The notes under the pieces are model-generated. The model was given only the letters and a program-made list of their open reading frames with translations, was not told where the DNA came from and made no database searches. Below, one piece after another: positions 39,407 to 50,000 of a stretch of DNA of 64,000 nt. The DNA is from Bradymonadia bacterium (lineage in GTDB: Bacteria; Myxococcota_A; Bradymonadia; UBA7976; UBA1532), in the NCBI GenBank assembly GCA_046290225.1, contig JBKAGE010000082.1:160001-224000 (forward strand), written 5' to 3'. Position 1 is the first letter of the stretch. Each line of letters starts with the position of its first letter. The position numbers were made by a program, and so were the translations under genes.

Positions 39407-42400
39407 ATGAGCGATTCTGGCATTGGGACGAGTGAAGGCACGTTGCGGGTCGGCGAGATTCTGCGCAGCCCCACGCCTGATCATGCCGACACCGGCCTGA
39501 TCTCGGCCATGACCGCCTTCTCGGGCGGCATCTCCACCCGACTCGAATCGTTCGGCATGGCCGCCGACACCGAGTCTGCGGGTGGCCTCGTGAATGATCT
39601 CGCCTCGCGCTGGGCTCTGCCCTCGGGCGCAGCCGCCTTCGAGGTCGTCGACGCTGACAGCTTCGACGACCTGCTGGTGGACTGGTCGGTCTCTGTAGAT
39701 GGCTACACCGATCTCATCTACGATCTGCCCCACTCCATCTATGTTGTCCCTGTCGATCCCGTAGAAGAGCCCACTGGCTTCCCGGCCCGCTCGGTGATGC
39801 CCCGCCGCACCGCAGCCCCGCGGCCTCAGCCGCCCCGTGGCGCCCTGGAGGCGGTAAAGGTGGCAGGCCGACGGCCCACCCCCTCGGCCCCTCGAGTGGT
39901 GAAGGAGCGCTGGAGAGCTACGGATGAAGCGGCCCCTGAGGGCCTGCTGAGCCCCTACCCTGCAGCCATGGGTCAGGCAGGTGCCATCGACAGCGCGCTG
40001 CTCCGCTTCCCCGATGCCCGGGCCGAGGTGCGTCAGGGCCAGCGACGGGCGGTGATCGTCGACAATGGGCCCAGCCCCCTCGCAGGTGCCGGGTGGTCTC
40101 CTCGAGCCTCCGGGACAGCACCAGCAGTGCGGGCAGCAGAGATGATCGCCGAGCGCAGCGCTCAGTTCGACCAGCTACAAACCCTCACGCCCCCCGCGGC
40201 GGCGGTGGGCTTCTGGCTGGTGGAGCCTGATGGCCCCACCACCCCAGGCGGCATCGAGCGGATGGCCACTGATCTGGCGGCAGAGCCCACAACCCGCGTG
40301 AGCGAGCTGGCCTATGACGCCCCGGTGATGACGGCTGTGCGCCCTCGAGCACCGATGGCGCAACAACACACCACGCGCCACCCTGGGCAATGGCAACGGA
40401 TCGGTGAGCGCGCAGTGACGCCGCTCCTCACCCGCCGCCCGCCCATCTCTGTACAGCCTGCTTCAGTGCAGCTTGCTTCAGGGCAATCCGCTTCAGGGCT
40501 GCCCGCCTCAGGGCTGCCCGCCTCAGTGCAGCAGGGCCCCTCTGCCACTGCGCCCGCTCAGGCCGGGCTTGCCGCTCAGCGCCCAACACTGAGCCCTGTG
40601 CTGCCACCGAGCCCCACGGCGCGTATGGGGCTGCCCGCCGATACACACAACGTCTCGGCTTCAGTACCCAGCACAGCAGTGAGTGCTGTGCCCCGGCTCA
40701 ACCCTGTGGCGCCGGCAGCGCTCTCTGCACCGCACCGGACATCTCCCATAGGCGCCAGGCGCGGTACCGCGATCAGTGATCGCATCGCCCCGCTCACCCG
40801 TCGGCCGTCCATGCCCGTCCGCCCGACGATGTCTTCCGCTGTGGCTCTGAGCGAGTCCGCCCTCGCAGCCCCTCAGGCATCGACCCCCTGGTGGTCCGAA
40901 GGCTGGCACGAGGCGCTCTCTGAAGAGCTGGTCAGCCCTCGGGCTGTCTCAGCGCCACAGGCTGCAGTCACACCAACTACAGTCACACCGGCCACAGCCT
41001 CTGCCATGGCCCCCCAGGCTCCACCGAGCGCCTCCACGAGCCCCTTGCAGCCGGTTCTTCAGCCAGCCCCCATGGCCGCCTCGGCGCTCAGTTCGATGAC
41101 GCGGAGCGCCTTTGTGCCCCGAGGGCTCAGCGGCGCGACGACCACGCGGCCTTCGATGCTGCCCATGGCCTCGGCAGAGCGCACCGCAGCATTCGCGCAG
41201 CCAGCAGCACGACGAGCAGTTGGCCAACCAGCTCACCTGAGCGCTGCGCCTCTCTCCCGCCTCACTTCACGGGGCGATACAGGCGTCTCTGAACTGTGGA
41301 CCGAGGCCCCGACGCCTGAGTTCTACCGTGCCCCCGCGTCGGCATCCCCGGCCTCTGCGGTGCAACACACCAACTCGACGTCGACCCCTGTGGCCCGACG
41401 TGCCTCAATGGCTCAAGCCACCGCTTCGCAACCTGGCACCTCGCAGCACAGCGCAGTCCGCCAGCAGGCCTTGACCGTAGCGAGCCAGCGCCCCATCTCG
41501 CGTAGCGCCGACAGAGGGCGTAAGGTTGCCGTATCGAGTTCGACGCCGGCAGTGACACCGAGCCTGACCTCGATCCGCGCCGTTGCCTCTGCAGCACATC
41601 GCGGTGAGTTCGTGCCTCAGCAGGCCCTTCAAGCCCAACAGCTTGCCGCCCTCGTAGAAGGGCAGGCCCTCGGCGGTCAGGTGGGCAGGCCCGCTTCGAG
41701 CCCCTGGCAGCGCCCAGGGTACGCACGGGCTGAGGGCACTCTGATCCGGGCAACGTCTGTGACCGGGCCTCAAGAGGCACACGCCATCACCCAGGCGCAT
41801 GCAGGCAACACCGGTCGTACGGTGATGCCCAGCCAGACTGTGGGCACACGCAACCCGACCATCAGCTCAGCGGCCGACGCTGTGGCCGTCCGTACTGCAG
41901 CCCCCTTCATGCCCGCCTCACTGGCAGCGACGACACCGGCAGGGGGCAGCACCTCTGAGGCGACTCTGCCGGGGCGAGCTCGACAATCTATGGGGATGAT
42001 CTCCATCGACCCGTCGACCACCAGCGCTCCGATGGGGACCGCAGTCCAGATGCCCGAGATCTTCCGCGGCCTGGGCAGCGTGCACCAGCAACGCTTGGAG
42101 ACGTTCCTCGCCCAAGTGGGGCTCGCACCCATGCGCGAGGAGGCCAACCTCTCATTGGGTCAGGTGGCTGAGATCACTGAGGGCCTGCATCTGAGCGACG
42201 ACATGCTCGGTGGAGGCACTGGCGAGCTGGTTCAGCCCATCGCCGAAGCCACCACCGACCCCTCGGAGCCAGGGGCGGCCCAACCTCAGCAGCGCAGAGC
42301 GCGTCAACGCACAGAAGCCGCCACCCAAACAGCGGTCACCCGAGCCACTGAGCGCCTCAGCGCCACCATCGCGGCCCACACCGCTCAGCTTGCCGCCAGC

Positions 42401-44056
42401 GCTCAAGGCACCGCATGGGACCGTGCCGCAGTGGCGAGCCAGCCTTCTACGGCCCTCGCGCGGCTCGAGGCCAGCCTGCGTCAGAGCACAGGTGCATCTC
42501 AAGGGGCGTGGTTGTCGCGCATCGTCACCCTCACCCGGCGTCTGTCGGTGATGGGCCTGAGCCCGAAACAAGCGGCCCCGATGGTGAGCAGCCAGCTGGC
42601 CCTGAGCCCGGCCCTGAACGCCGGGCTGCCCACGGCGATCACCGAGCTGGTGCAGCACGTGGCCCAAGCAAACGCAGCTGGCATGTCTGCACCTCGAGAT
42701 CGCGCCCTCGACGCGCTGCCTGCCGCCCTGCAGCGGCTCGTGCGCGAGGTCGAGACCCCCAGCTCTGGTCTGGCCTTCGACGCCCCCTCCACCGAGCTGG
42801 TGCAGGGTGAGCGCGACACATCAACGCCTCTCGGGGTGACCTCTGCGAGCGCCGAAGCCGGGCCAGCGGCGTCCAAGGCCGCCACCCGTACGCTCCAAGC
42901 GCTCAGCGCCATCGAGCGGACCATGGCCCGCCAAGCTCGACGGACAATCAGCCCCCCTGTCGCCCGGGCCATCGCCGGGGGCGAGGGCAGAGGGGCCGAC
43001 AGCACGGTGGGTCGAGTGGCTGCGCTGCTCGGTGAGGCCTTTGGCACCACAGGCGACGTCGCCGGCGAGGTGGTCGCTCAACGTGCGCCTCGCGACCCCC
43101 TGACGACGCGCACAAGCACCACCAGCGCAGGCGCTGCCTCCACTCGAGCGACTGTCCGCGCCAGCAAGGGCAGCAGTGACCCCCTCGTGCTCGACCTGTC
43201 CCAGCTCGGCGGAGCAGGCGCCATCGGCAGCCGCTCGGCGAGCTTCGCCCCGAGCCACAGCGATGCACTCAGTGATGTCGCCCCTGGCAAGCTCGGGGAT
43301 CGCGTCGACAGCTTCAGTGGCTTCTCACCCGCCTTTGCCGCCAGCCCTGGCGCCCTGCTCCGTGGCAGCACCCCCGGTGAGTCCACCTTCCTGCACGCGC
43401 AGAGCCTCGTGGAGCAGAAGAGCAGAAGCATCGCCGGTGAGACCATGGTGGGTGAGGCCAACCTCGAGCGCGCCCTCGTGGTGTACGAGCAGGCCCAAGC
43501 CGCACAAGGCAACGTCACCACCCCCGTGCCCCACGCGCCGAGCCCCACTCGCGGCGCCCCTGGCGCCCTGGCTCAAATCTTCGGCGGTGACGCCGGCAGC
43601 AGCAGCGGCTTCGCCGGCCAGCTGCCCGCAGCCCTCTCGGGCAACAGCGTCAGCTTCAGCGGGAGCGGTTCGAGCAAGGACGCCCCCGCCTTCACCGAGC
43701 TGCCCGGGGGCCTCAACATGCCCCCAGTTTTGCTCGGCGGCCTCTTTGGTGATCGAGGCCCCAGCATCGGCAGCGGTGATCCCGCCATGCCCCCGGCGCC
43801 CCCGTCGCGGATCATGGTGGACACCGGACACGCATCTCAACCTTCACCGGAGTCTGTCCTTCGGTCCACCCCCGGCGAGCGGCCCAACAGCAAGGCCGAG
43901 ACCAGCGAAGAGTCCCGGCACCGGCTCGCCCGGAACCAAGTGGATGATCAGCTCAGCGACGAAGAGGTCGACAAGATCGCCGAGCAGGTCATCTACACGC
44001 TCAAGCGCGAGGTGGAGATGGACAACACGCGTTATGGAGACGACGAATGGGACTGA
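39407..44056 (+). CDS. 1549-aa low-complexity Ala/Ser/Pro/Thr-rich CIS protein in the tape-measure-like slot
   Basis: Uninterrupted ORF between tube 2 and the LysM gene; C-terminal EVDKIAEQVIYTLKREVEMDNTRYG resembles the short helix ending CIS proteins at this position. Confidence 0.65.
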   Translation: MSDSGIGTSEGTLRVGEILRSPTPDHADTGLISAMTAFSGGISTRLESFGMAADTESAGGLVNDLASRWALPSGAAAFEVVDADSFDDLLVDWSVSVDGYTDLIYDLPHSIYVVPVDPVEEPTGFPARSVMPRRTAAPRPQPPRGALEAVKVAGRRPTPSAPRVVKERWRATDEAAPEGLLSPYPAAMGQAGAIDSALLRFPDARAEVRQGQRRAVIVDNGPSPLAGAGWSPRASGTAPAVRAAEMIAERSAQFDQLQTLTPPAAAVGFWLVEPDGPTTPGGIERMATDLAAEPTTRVSELAYDAPVMTAVRPRAPMAQQHTTRHPGQWQRIGERAVTPLLTRRPPISVQPASVQLASGQSASGLPASGLPASVQQGPSATAPAQAGLAAQRPTLSPVLPPSPTARMGLPADTHNVSASVPSTAVSAVPRLNPVAPAALSAPHRTSPIGARRGTAISDRIAPLTRRPSMPVRPTMSSAVALSESALAAPQASTPWWSEGWHEALSEELVSPRAVSAPQAAVTPTTVTPATASAMAPQAPPSASTSPLQPVLQPAPMAASALSSMTRSAFVPRGLSGATTTRPSMLPMASAERTAAFAQPAARRAVGQPAHLSAAPLSRLTSRGDTGVSELWTEAPTPEFYRAPASASPASAVQHTNSTSTPVARRASMAQATASQPGTSQHSAVRQQALTVASQRPISRSADRGRKVAVSSSTPAVTPSLTSIRAVASAAHRGEFVPQQALQAQQLAALVEGQALGGQVGRPASSPWQRPGYARAEGTLIRATSVTGPQEAHAITQAHAGNTGRTVMPSQTVGTRNPTISSAADAVAVRTAAPFMPASLAATTPAGGSTSEATLPGRARQSMGMISIDPSTTSAPMGTAVQMPEIFRGLGSVHQQRLETFLAQVGLAPMREEANLSLGQVAEITEGLHLSDDMLGGGTGELVQPIAEATTDPSEPGAAQPQQRRARQRTEAATQTAVTRATERLSATIAAHTAQLAASAQGTAWDRAAVASQPSTALARLEASLRQSTGASQGAWLSRIVTLTRRLSVMGLSPKQAAPMVSSQLALSPALNAGLPTAITELVQHVAQANAAGMSAPRDRALDALPAALQRLVREVETPSSGLAFDAPSTELVQGERDTSTPLGVTSASAEAGPAASKAATRTLQALSAIERTMARQARRTISPPVARAIAGGEGRGADSTVGRVAALLGEAFGTTGDVAGEVVAQRAPRDPLTTRTSTTSAGAASTRATVRASKGSSDPLVLDLSQLGGAGAIGSRSASFAPSHSDALSDVAPGKLGDRVDSFSGFSPAFAASPGALLRGSTPGESTFLHAQSLVEQKSRSIAGETMVGEANLERALVVYEQAQAAQGNVTTPVPHAPSPTRGAPGALAQIFGGDAGSSSGFAGQLPAALSGNSVSFSGSGSSKDAPAFTELPGGLNMPPVLLGGLFGDRGPSIGSGDPAMPPAPPSRIMVDTGHASQPSPESVLRSTPGERPNSKAETSEESRHRLARNQVDDQLSDEEVDKIAEQVIYTLKREVEMDNTRYGDDEWD
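40454..40531 (+). repeat. Imperfect 15-bp coding tandem repeat (QPASV/QLASG/QSASG/LPASG/LPASV)
   Basis: gcttcag/gcctcag recurring at a 15-nt period. Confidence 0.65.
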
Positions 44057-44715
44057 TCAAGCAGGCGATCCAGAGCATGGTCCCCGGGACCAACAAGCTC
44101 AGCATCACCCCCCTCGACGGGCGGCGGGCGCTCCAGCCTGTGGAGGCCCTGTTCAACCCCAAAGAGTACAGCATCCAGAAGAGCGTGCCCTGGAACCCCC
44201 AGGCCGCCGCGGGTCTCGACGCCCCCGACATGCAGTTCACCACCGGTCAGGGCGAGACTTTGAGCCTCGAGCTGTTCTTCGACACCTATGAGAAGGGGTC
44301 GAACGTCAAGGCCCACACCGACGCGCTGCACAACCTCGCCCTCATCGACCCCACCTTGCACCGGCCGCCGCTGGTCATGGCCTCGTGGGGCAAGCTGAGG
44401 TTCCAGGGTGTCATCGAGTCGATCAGCCACCGGTTCACCATGTTCCTCGAAGACGGCACCCCCGTGCGGGCCACCTGCACCGTGAGCCTGCGGGAAGCCC
44501 GCACCGCCACCCAGCAGAACCAGGAGGCCCCTCGGGAGAGCCCTGATCACGCCAAGCTGCACGCCGTGCGTCGTGGCGAGACGCTGCAGGCCATCGCCGC
44601 CGAGGAATACGAAGATCCGTCCGAGTGGCGGCGCATCGCCGACGCCAACGGCATCGATGATCCGCTGCGCCTCGAGCCCGGCACCAAGCTGATCATCCCG
44701 CCGATCCTGAGCTGA
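44047..44715 (+). CDS. CIS tube-initiator with C-terminal LysM (Afp7-like)
   Basis: FNPKEYS, LSLELFFD, RPP....WG, G.PVRA, LysM GETLQAIA...WRRIADANGIDDP. Confidence 0.9.
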   Translation: MGLIKQAIQSMVPGTNKLSITPLDGRRALQPVEALFNPKEYSIQKSVPWNPQAAAGLDAPDMQFTTGQGETLSLELFFDTYEKGSNVKAHTDALHNLALIDPTLHRPPLVMASWGKLRFQGVIESISHRFTMFLEDGTPVRATCTVSLREARTATQQNQEAPRESPDHAKLHAVRRGETLQAIAAEEYEDPSEWRRIADANGIDDPLRLEPGTKLIIPPILS

Positions 44716-44776
44716 GCGATCACTCGCCCCAAGCGCCACCGAACTCAAACCTCACCGAACCAACGCCGAGCAGCCC

Positions 44777-45871
44777 ATGGAAACCTCGAACCGGGTCCCC
44801 GACTATAAAATCAAGGTCAACGGCTCCGAGCTGCCACAGGAAGATCGGGTCAACGTGCAGGAGATCTTCGTCGATCTCAGGCGACAGGCCCCGGCCAGCG
44901 TGGAGATTCAGCTCAACAACCACGAAGGCACCTACGACGAGCGGGAAGATCTCGCCCCCGGTGCCCAGATCAGCGTGGAGCTCGGCTATCAGGACGACAG
45001 CACCACTCAGGTCTTCGAGGGCGAGATCATCGGCACTCAGGTGAAGGCCAAGCAGAACGGCCCGCGGGTCTTCTTGATCCGGGCCTTCGACTACAGCCAC
45101 CGCCTGACCCGAGGGCGCAAGCAGCGCAACTTCAACAGCCAGAAGTTCAGCGATCTCGTCACCACCCTCGCCCAAGAGGTGGGCCTCACCCCCGACGTGG
45201 AAGACACCCAGTTCAACCGCGAGTACGTGGCCCAGCACAACCAGACCAACCTCGACTTTGTGCGGGGCATGGCCGGCTGGCTCGACTTCGACCTGTGCAT
45301 TCGGCACCTCGAAGATCCGAAGAAGCTGCGGTTCAAGCCACCAGAGCTCTCCGCCGCCGAGGCGGTGACGGTGGTCTACGAGAACCCCAACCTGCAGAAC
45401 AACGAGCTGCACCTGAAGAAGTTCGATGGTCGGCAGTCCCTCGCCCGCGTGGTGAGCCACGTCACCGTCCGAGGCTGGAACCCCGGGGGCAAGGCCGCCT
45501 ACATCGGCCGCGCGGGGCCCGACAAGCTCTACGACGAAATGTCGGGCGATTCTTCGGCGGTGCAGATGGTGCTCGACAAGTGGGGCGAGACCGAGCGGCA
45601 GATCGTCGACTGCAAGGTCTTCAGTCAGGAAGAGGCCGACAAGATCGCCGAGTGCAAGCTCAACGAGTACGCCCGCACCTTCATACGCGTCGACATGGAA
45701 GTGCAGGGCAGCACGCTCCCCTACCCCGGCTGCACCGTGAAGGCAGAGCGGGTGGGCCCGCGGTACGACGGCAAGTACTTCGTCGACTCGGTCCACCACA
45801 TCTTCACCTCGAAGGTGGGGGCCAGCCACGGCTACACCACCCGCTTCATCGCCAGCCGCTGCGCCTGGTGA
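44777..45871 (+). CDS. Phage late-control gene D / gp27-like baseplate hub, without gp5 spike domain
   Basis: VELGY, FEGEI, HRLTRGRK, QHNQTNLDF, VTVRGW, G.Y.GKYFV..V.H, YTTRF; ends at 364 aa. Confidence 0.88.
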   Translation: METSNRVPDYKIKVNGSELPQEDRVNVQEIFVDLRRQAPASVEIQLNNHEGTYDEREDLAPGAQISVELGYQDDSTTQVFEGEIIGTQVKAKQNGPRVFLIRAFDYSHRLTRGRKQRNFNSQKFSDLVTTLAQEVGLTPDVEDTQFNREYVAQHNQTNLDFVRGMAGWLDFDLCIRHLEDPKKLRFKPPELSAAEAVTVVYENPNLQNNELHLKKFDGRQSLARVVSHVTVRGWNPGGKAAYIGRAGPDKLYDEMSGDSSAVQMVLDKWGETERQIVDCKVFSQEEADKIAECKLNEYARTFIRVDMEVQGSTLPYPGCTVKAERVGPRYDGKYFVDSVHHIFTSKVGASHGYTTRFIASRCAW

Positions 45872-45909
45872 TCGGGCAACAGTGAGGCTCGAGCCGGGAG
45901 GGGCCCATC

Positions 45910-46566
45910 ATGGATGAGTCGAAGCTCGTCGACTGGTACGACATCATCGAGGCCATCGCCAATGGCCGCCTCGACGGTCACACCTGCCCGAATTGCGGCC
46001 ACCAGGGCCTTGAGATCAGCCACGAGAACTATCAGATGAGCGCCCGGTGCCCGAACTGCAACGAGGGGTTCTCTGGTCGTGGCGGTGGCCGGGACGACGC
46101 TTATGATCGGGAGGCCGCCGAGTTGATGGCGCGGCAGTCTCGGCGGCGGCAACCTTCGGTCACGGGACGCACCGTCGGCGTCACCGATCCCAACCTGTGC
46201 CCTCCGGTCCCTGGCGATGGCACCGTGAGCCCCGGGCTCGCGGCCATCCCCGCCCGCCCCTCGGCCCCGAGCCGACCCCCGCCGGTGAGGGCCAACGCCA
46301 CCCTCTACGAAGATCCGCCGGGCACCAAAAAACCCGAGCGCCGCGGAGAGCCCTGGGCGTGGCAGCTGCCCCACCAGGGGGGCGAACCCGACCCGGACGC
46401 GCTGGCCCTGTGGATGCCCCTCGTGGAGTCGATTCACAACGGCAGGCGCACGGGATTAACCTGCCCCTTCTGTAGCGAGCCGCTGCATGATATCCATCAT
46501 CAGCCACCCCACCTGCGCATCGTCTGTCGCCAGTGCGGCGAAGCCTTCGAGGGCAGGATCGGGTGA
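45910..46566 (+). CDS. Uncharacterised protein with two homologous CxxC...CxxC Zn-ribbon-like domains
   Basis: Internal duplication W....E.I.NGR..G.TCP.C...C..C.E.F.GR.G separated by a Pro-rich linker; GGAGG RBS. Confidence 0.75.
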   Translation: MDESKLVDWYDIIEAIANGRLDGHTCPNCGHQGLEISHENYQMSARCPNCNEGFSGRGGGRDDAYDREAAELMARQSRRRQPSVTGRTVGVTDPNLCPPVPGDGTVSPGLAAIPARPSAPSRPPPVRANATLYEDPPGTKKPERRGEPWAWQLPHQGGEPDPDALALWMPLVESIHNGRRTGLTCPFCSEPLHDIHHQPPHLRIVCRQCGEAFEGRIG

Positions 46567-46674
46567 GCCCGAGGGCTGCTCGCGCATGCAGCCCGAGAGG
46601 GCGCTGGCGTACTGGGTGCGAGCGCCCTGGGCGCCGTGCGGCAGTGAACATCACATCGTGAGGGTGATCATCCC

Positions 46675-47082
46675 GTGAGCACAGATCGGAGCTTCCTCGG
46701 CCGCGGCATCGCTTTTCCCATGAAGATCGATGGCGCCGGCGGACTCGCCCTCTCTTCCTACGAAGAGAACATCGAAGAGTGCATCCGCATCATCCTCGGC
46801 ACCGCCCCTGGCGAGCGGGTCTACCGCCTCGACTTCGGCTGCCGCATCCATGATCTGCTCTTCGCCCCGAACAACGCCAACACGCGCAACCTCGCCTCGT
46901 TCTATGTGAGAGAGGCCCTCATGAAGTGGGAGCCCCGCATCCGGGACATCGAGGTCGAGGCCGGGGCCGATCCGCTCAAGCCCAACACGCTGCGCATCGA
47001 GATCAGCTACGCCGTTCGGGCCACGAACTCCCACTACAACCTGGTTTACCCCTTCTACCTGCGTCGCGAGGATGACCTATGA
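46675..47082 (+). CDS. GPW/gp25 baseplate protein (Afp9-like)
   Basis: FLGRGIAFP, I.IILGTAPGERV...FGC, WEPRI, NLVYPFYL. Confidence 0.95.
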   Translation: MSTDRSFLGRGIAFPMKIDGAGGLALSSYEENIEECIRIILGTAPGERVYRLDFGCRIHDLLFAPNNANTRNLASFYVREALMKWEPRIRDIEVEAGADPLKPNTLRIEISYAVRATNSHYNLVYPFYLRREDDL

Positions 47083-50000
47083 TCCCGATCCCCAACCTTG
47101 ATGATCGCACCCACCGGGAGATCGTCGAGGAGGCGTTGAAGCTGATCCCGCAGTATTGCCCCGAGTGGACCAACTTCAACCCGTCTGATCCGGGCATCAC
47201 CCTCATCGAGCTGTTCGCCTGGATGACCGAGATGGCCATCTATCGGCTCAACAAGGTCACCGACAAGAACTTCATCGCCTTCCTCAACCTGATGGGGGTG
47301 AGGCTGCAGGCGCCGCAGCCGGCCCACGCGCTACTGCAGTTCCAGCTCGTGAAGGGCGGCCCGCCCACGTGGATCAGGCAGGGCTTCCAGATCAGCACTG
47401 TGCCCGACGGCAAGGACGATCCGGTCATCTTCGAGGTGGAGAGCGATCTGCTCGTCAGCGACAACACCCTCGAGAAGGTCTTCACCCAGGTGAGCGACCT
47501 CTACGAGGACCAGACCCCCTTCATCGACGGCCGCCGTCGCGAGGGCTTCGAGGTCTTCGGGGGTCACAACCACATCGAGCGCAGCCTCTACCTCGGTGAT
47601 CTGCGCTTCGAGCAGCTCAACGAAGACGCCACCCTCATCATCAAGATCGACAGCCCGGCGAACCACGCCCTCGTCGATCAGCTCGAGTGGGAGTATTGGA
47701 ACGGCCGCCGCTGGCGTGAGCTGAGCCGCTCCCTGAGCGAGACTGAGGAGGGCGCCATCGCCTTCGAGGACATCGATCAGATCGAAGCCACCGACGTGAA
47801 CGGCGTCGGCGTGCCCTGGATCCGAGGCCGCCTGATCGACACCCCTCAGAACACTGATCAGACCCTCATCGAGACCGTCGTCGCCCGCATCGAGCTCAGC
47901 GGCGAGGGCCTCAAGCCCGAGAAGGCCTATGTGGCCCACGTACACGACAACAGCACCGTGTACATCACCGTGGACGACAGCCGCACCTGGGCCCCCTTCG
48001 GCAAAGAGCCCAAGACCGAGCACACCCTCTACCTGATGCCTGGGGCCTTCCCCCAGGAGCCGGGCTCGGTGATCCGCCTCGAGGTGCAGCTCGCCGACCG
48101 CAAGACCCACGACGCCCCGGAGCCCAGCGATGATCTCAGCCTGCGCTGGGAGTACTGGAACGGCAAGAAGTGGGCCCCGCTGTGCCTGAAAGCCACCCCC
48201 GAGGGCGCCGAGAGCGCCGTCGACGTCGACTTTGTCGACGGCACCGAGGCCTTCACCCACTCCGGGGAGATCAAGTTCAAGCGCCCCGCCGATCTCGCCA
48301 GCACCGACGTGCAGGGCGAAGAGGGCACCTGGATCCGCGTACGCATCGAGGCCGGCGACTACGGCGAGGCCGGGCAGTACGAGCTCGACGGCGACCGCTG
48401 GCTCTGGCGCAACGAGCGCCCCCTGCGGCCCCCGTGGGTGAAGCAGATGGTGTTCCGGTACACCGAGCGCGATCGGTTCGTCGATCATGTGCTCACCTAC
48501 AACGACTTCGCCTACTTCGACCACTCGATGACCGCCCGGACCCCCCTCAAGGTGTTCCAAGCCTTCGAGCCCTCAGTAGAAGACAGCCCCACGCTCTATC
48601 TGGGCTTCAAGCAGGCCATGCCCAACGAGCCTGGGCAGATCTACTTCCAGATGACCGAGAACACTGCGGTACAGCGCGATCGCCGCCACGCGGAGTATCT
48701 CTCGCAGTACTACGCCGAGCGCGATCAGGTCCTCGACGCCGAGCAGCGGGTCATCTGGGAGTACTGGAACGGCCTGGAGTGGGTGAGCCTGAGCGCTGAA
48801 GACGGCACCCGGGCCTTCACCGAGAGCGGGTTCCTGCAGTTCGTGGGCCCCGAAGACTGGAAGCGCAGCAAGCGCTTCGGCGAAGCTCTGTGCTGGCTGA
48901 GGGCTCGCCTCGAGATGGGGGGTTATCACCAGATGCCCCGCATCAGCCACGTGCTGCTCAACACCGTGAGCGCCAAGAACCACCTGAGCTTGAAGAACGA
49001 GGTCCTCGGCGCCAGCGACGGCACCCCCAACCAGACCTTCAAGTTCGCCCAGGGTCCCGTGCTCGAAGGTCAGGAGATCCGGGTCCGCGAGAAAGAGCTG
49101 CCCGACGGCCCCGAGAAAGACGCCCTGATGAAGCAGGGCGAAGATGTGGTCGAGCCCGCAGGCAAGAGCGGCTTCTGGGTGAAGTGGACCGAGGTGGAGA
49201 GCTTCTACGACAGCACCGGTCGTAGCCGGCACTACATCATCAACCGCACCGACGGCACCGTGCAGTTCGGCGACGGCAACAAGGGCATGATCCCGCCCTC
49301 GGGGAACGCCAACGTCGTGGCCCGACGCTACCGCATCGGCGGCGGCGTGCGGGGCAATGTCACCGCCCAGACCGTCACCGCCATGCGCCAGAGCCTCCCG
49401 TACATCGAGGCGGTGGGTAACCCCTTCCCCGCCGCCGGAGGCAGCGACCAGGAGACCGTCGAAGAGGCCAAGGCCCGCGGGCCTCACCTCATCAAGAGCC
49501 GGAACCGCGCCGTCACCGCCGAAGACTTCGAGTGGCTCACCCTGCAGGCCTCGAACGGCGTCGCCCGGGCCAAGTGCCTCACCACCATCGGCCGTGAGGG
49601 CGAGATCACCATCGTGGTGGTGCCCAAGCAGGACGAGCGGGATCGCGATCTCAAGGTGAAGCTCAGCCCCAGCGCCGAGCTGTTGCGCCGGGTGAAGAAC
49701 TACATCGACGAGCGGCGCCTGCTCACCACCGTGGTCAAAATCTCGCCGCCGAAGTACGTCGAGGTGAGCGTCAAGATCGAGGTGATCCGCAAGGTGGCCA
49801 GCGGCGACAAGCAGCTCAAGAACGCCATCGAGCAGCGGCTGCGTACGTTCCTGCACCCCCTCGTGGGCAGCCGGAGTGGCGGTGGGTGGCCTTTTGGGCG
49901 CAACGTGCTCAAGCTCGACCTGTATCACGTCATCGAAGACATCCCCGGGGTCGATCTCGTCGATCGCATCCGGCTCTTCGACGAAGACCGCCGCGAAGAG

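Noticed and set aside
46567..46674. Hidden PAAR gene between the Zn-ribbon gene and gp25
   Set aside because: The gap is only 108 bp and no PAAR-like motif was seen
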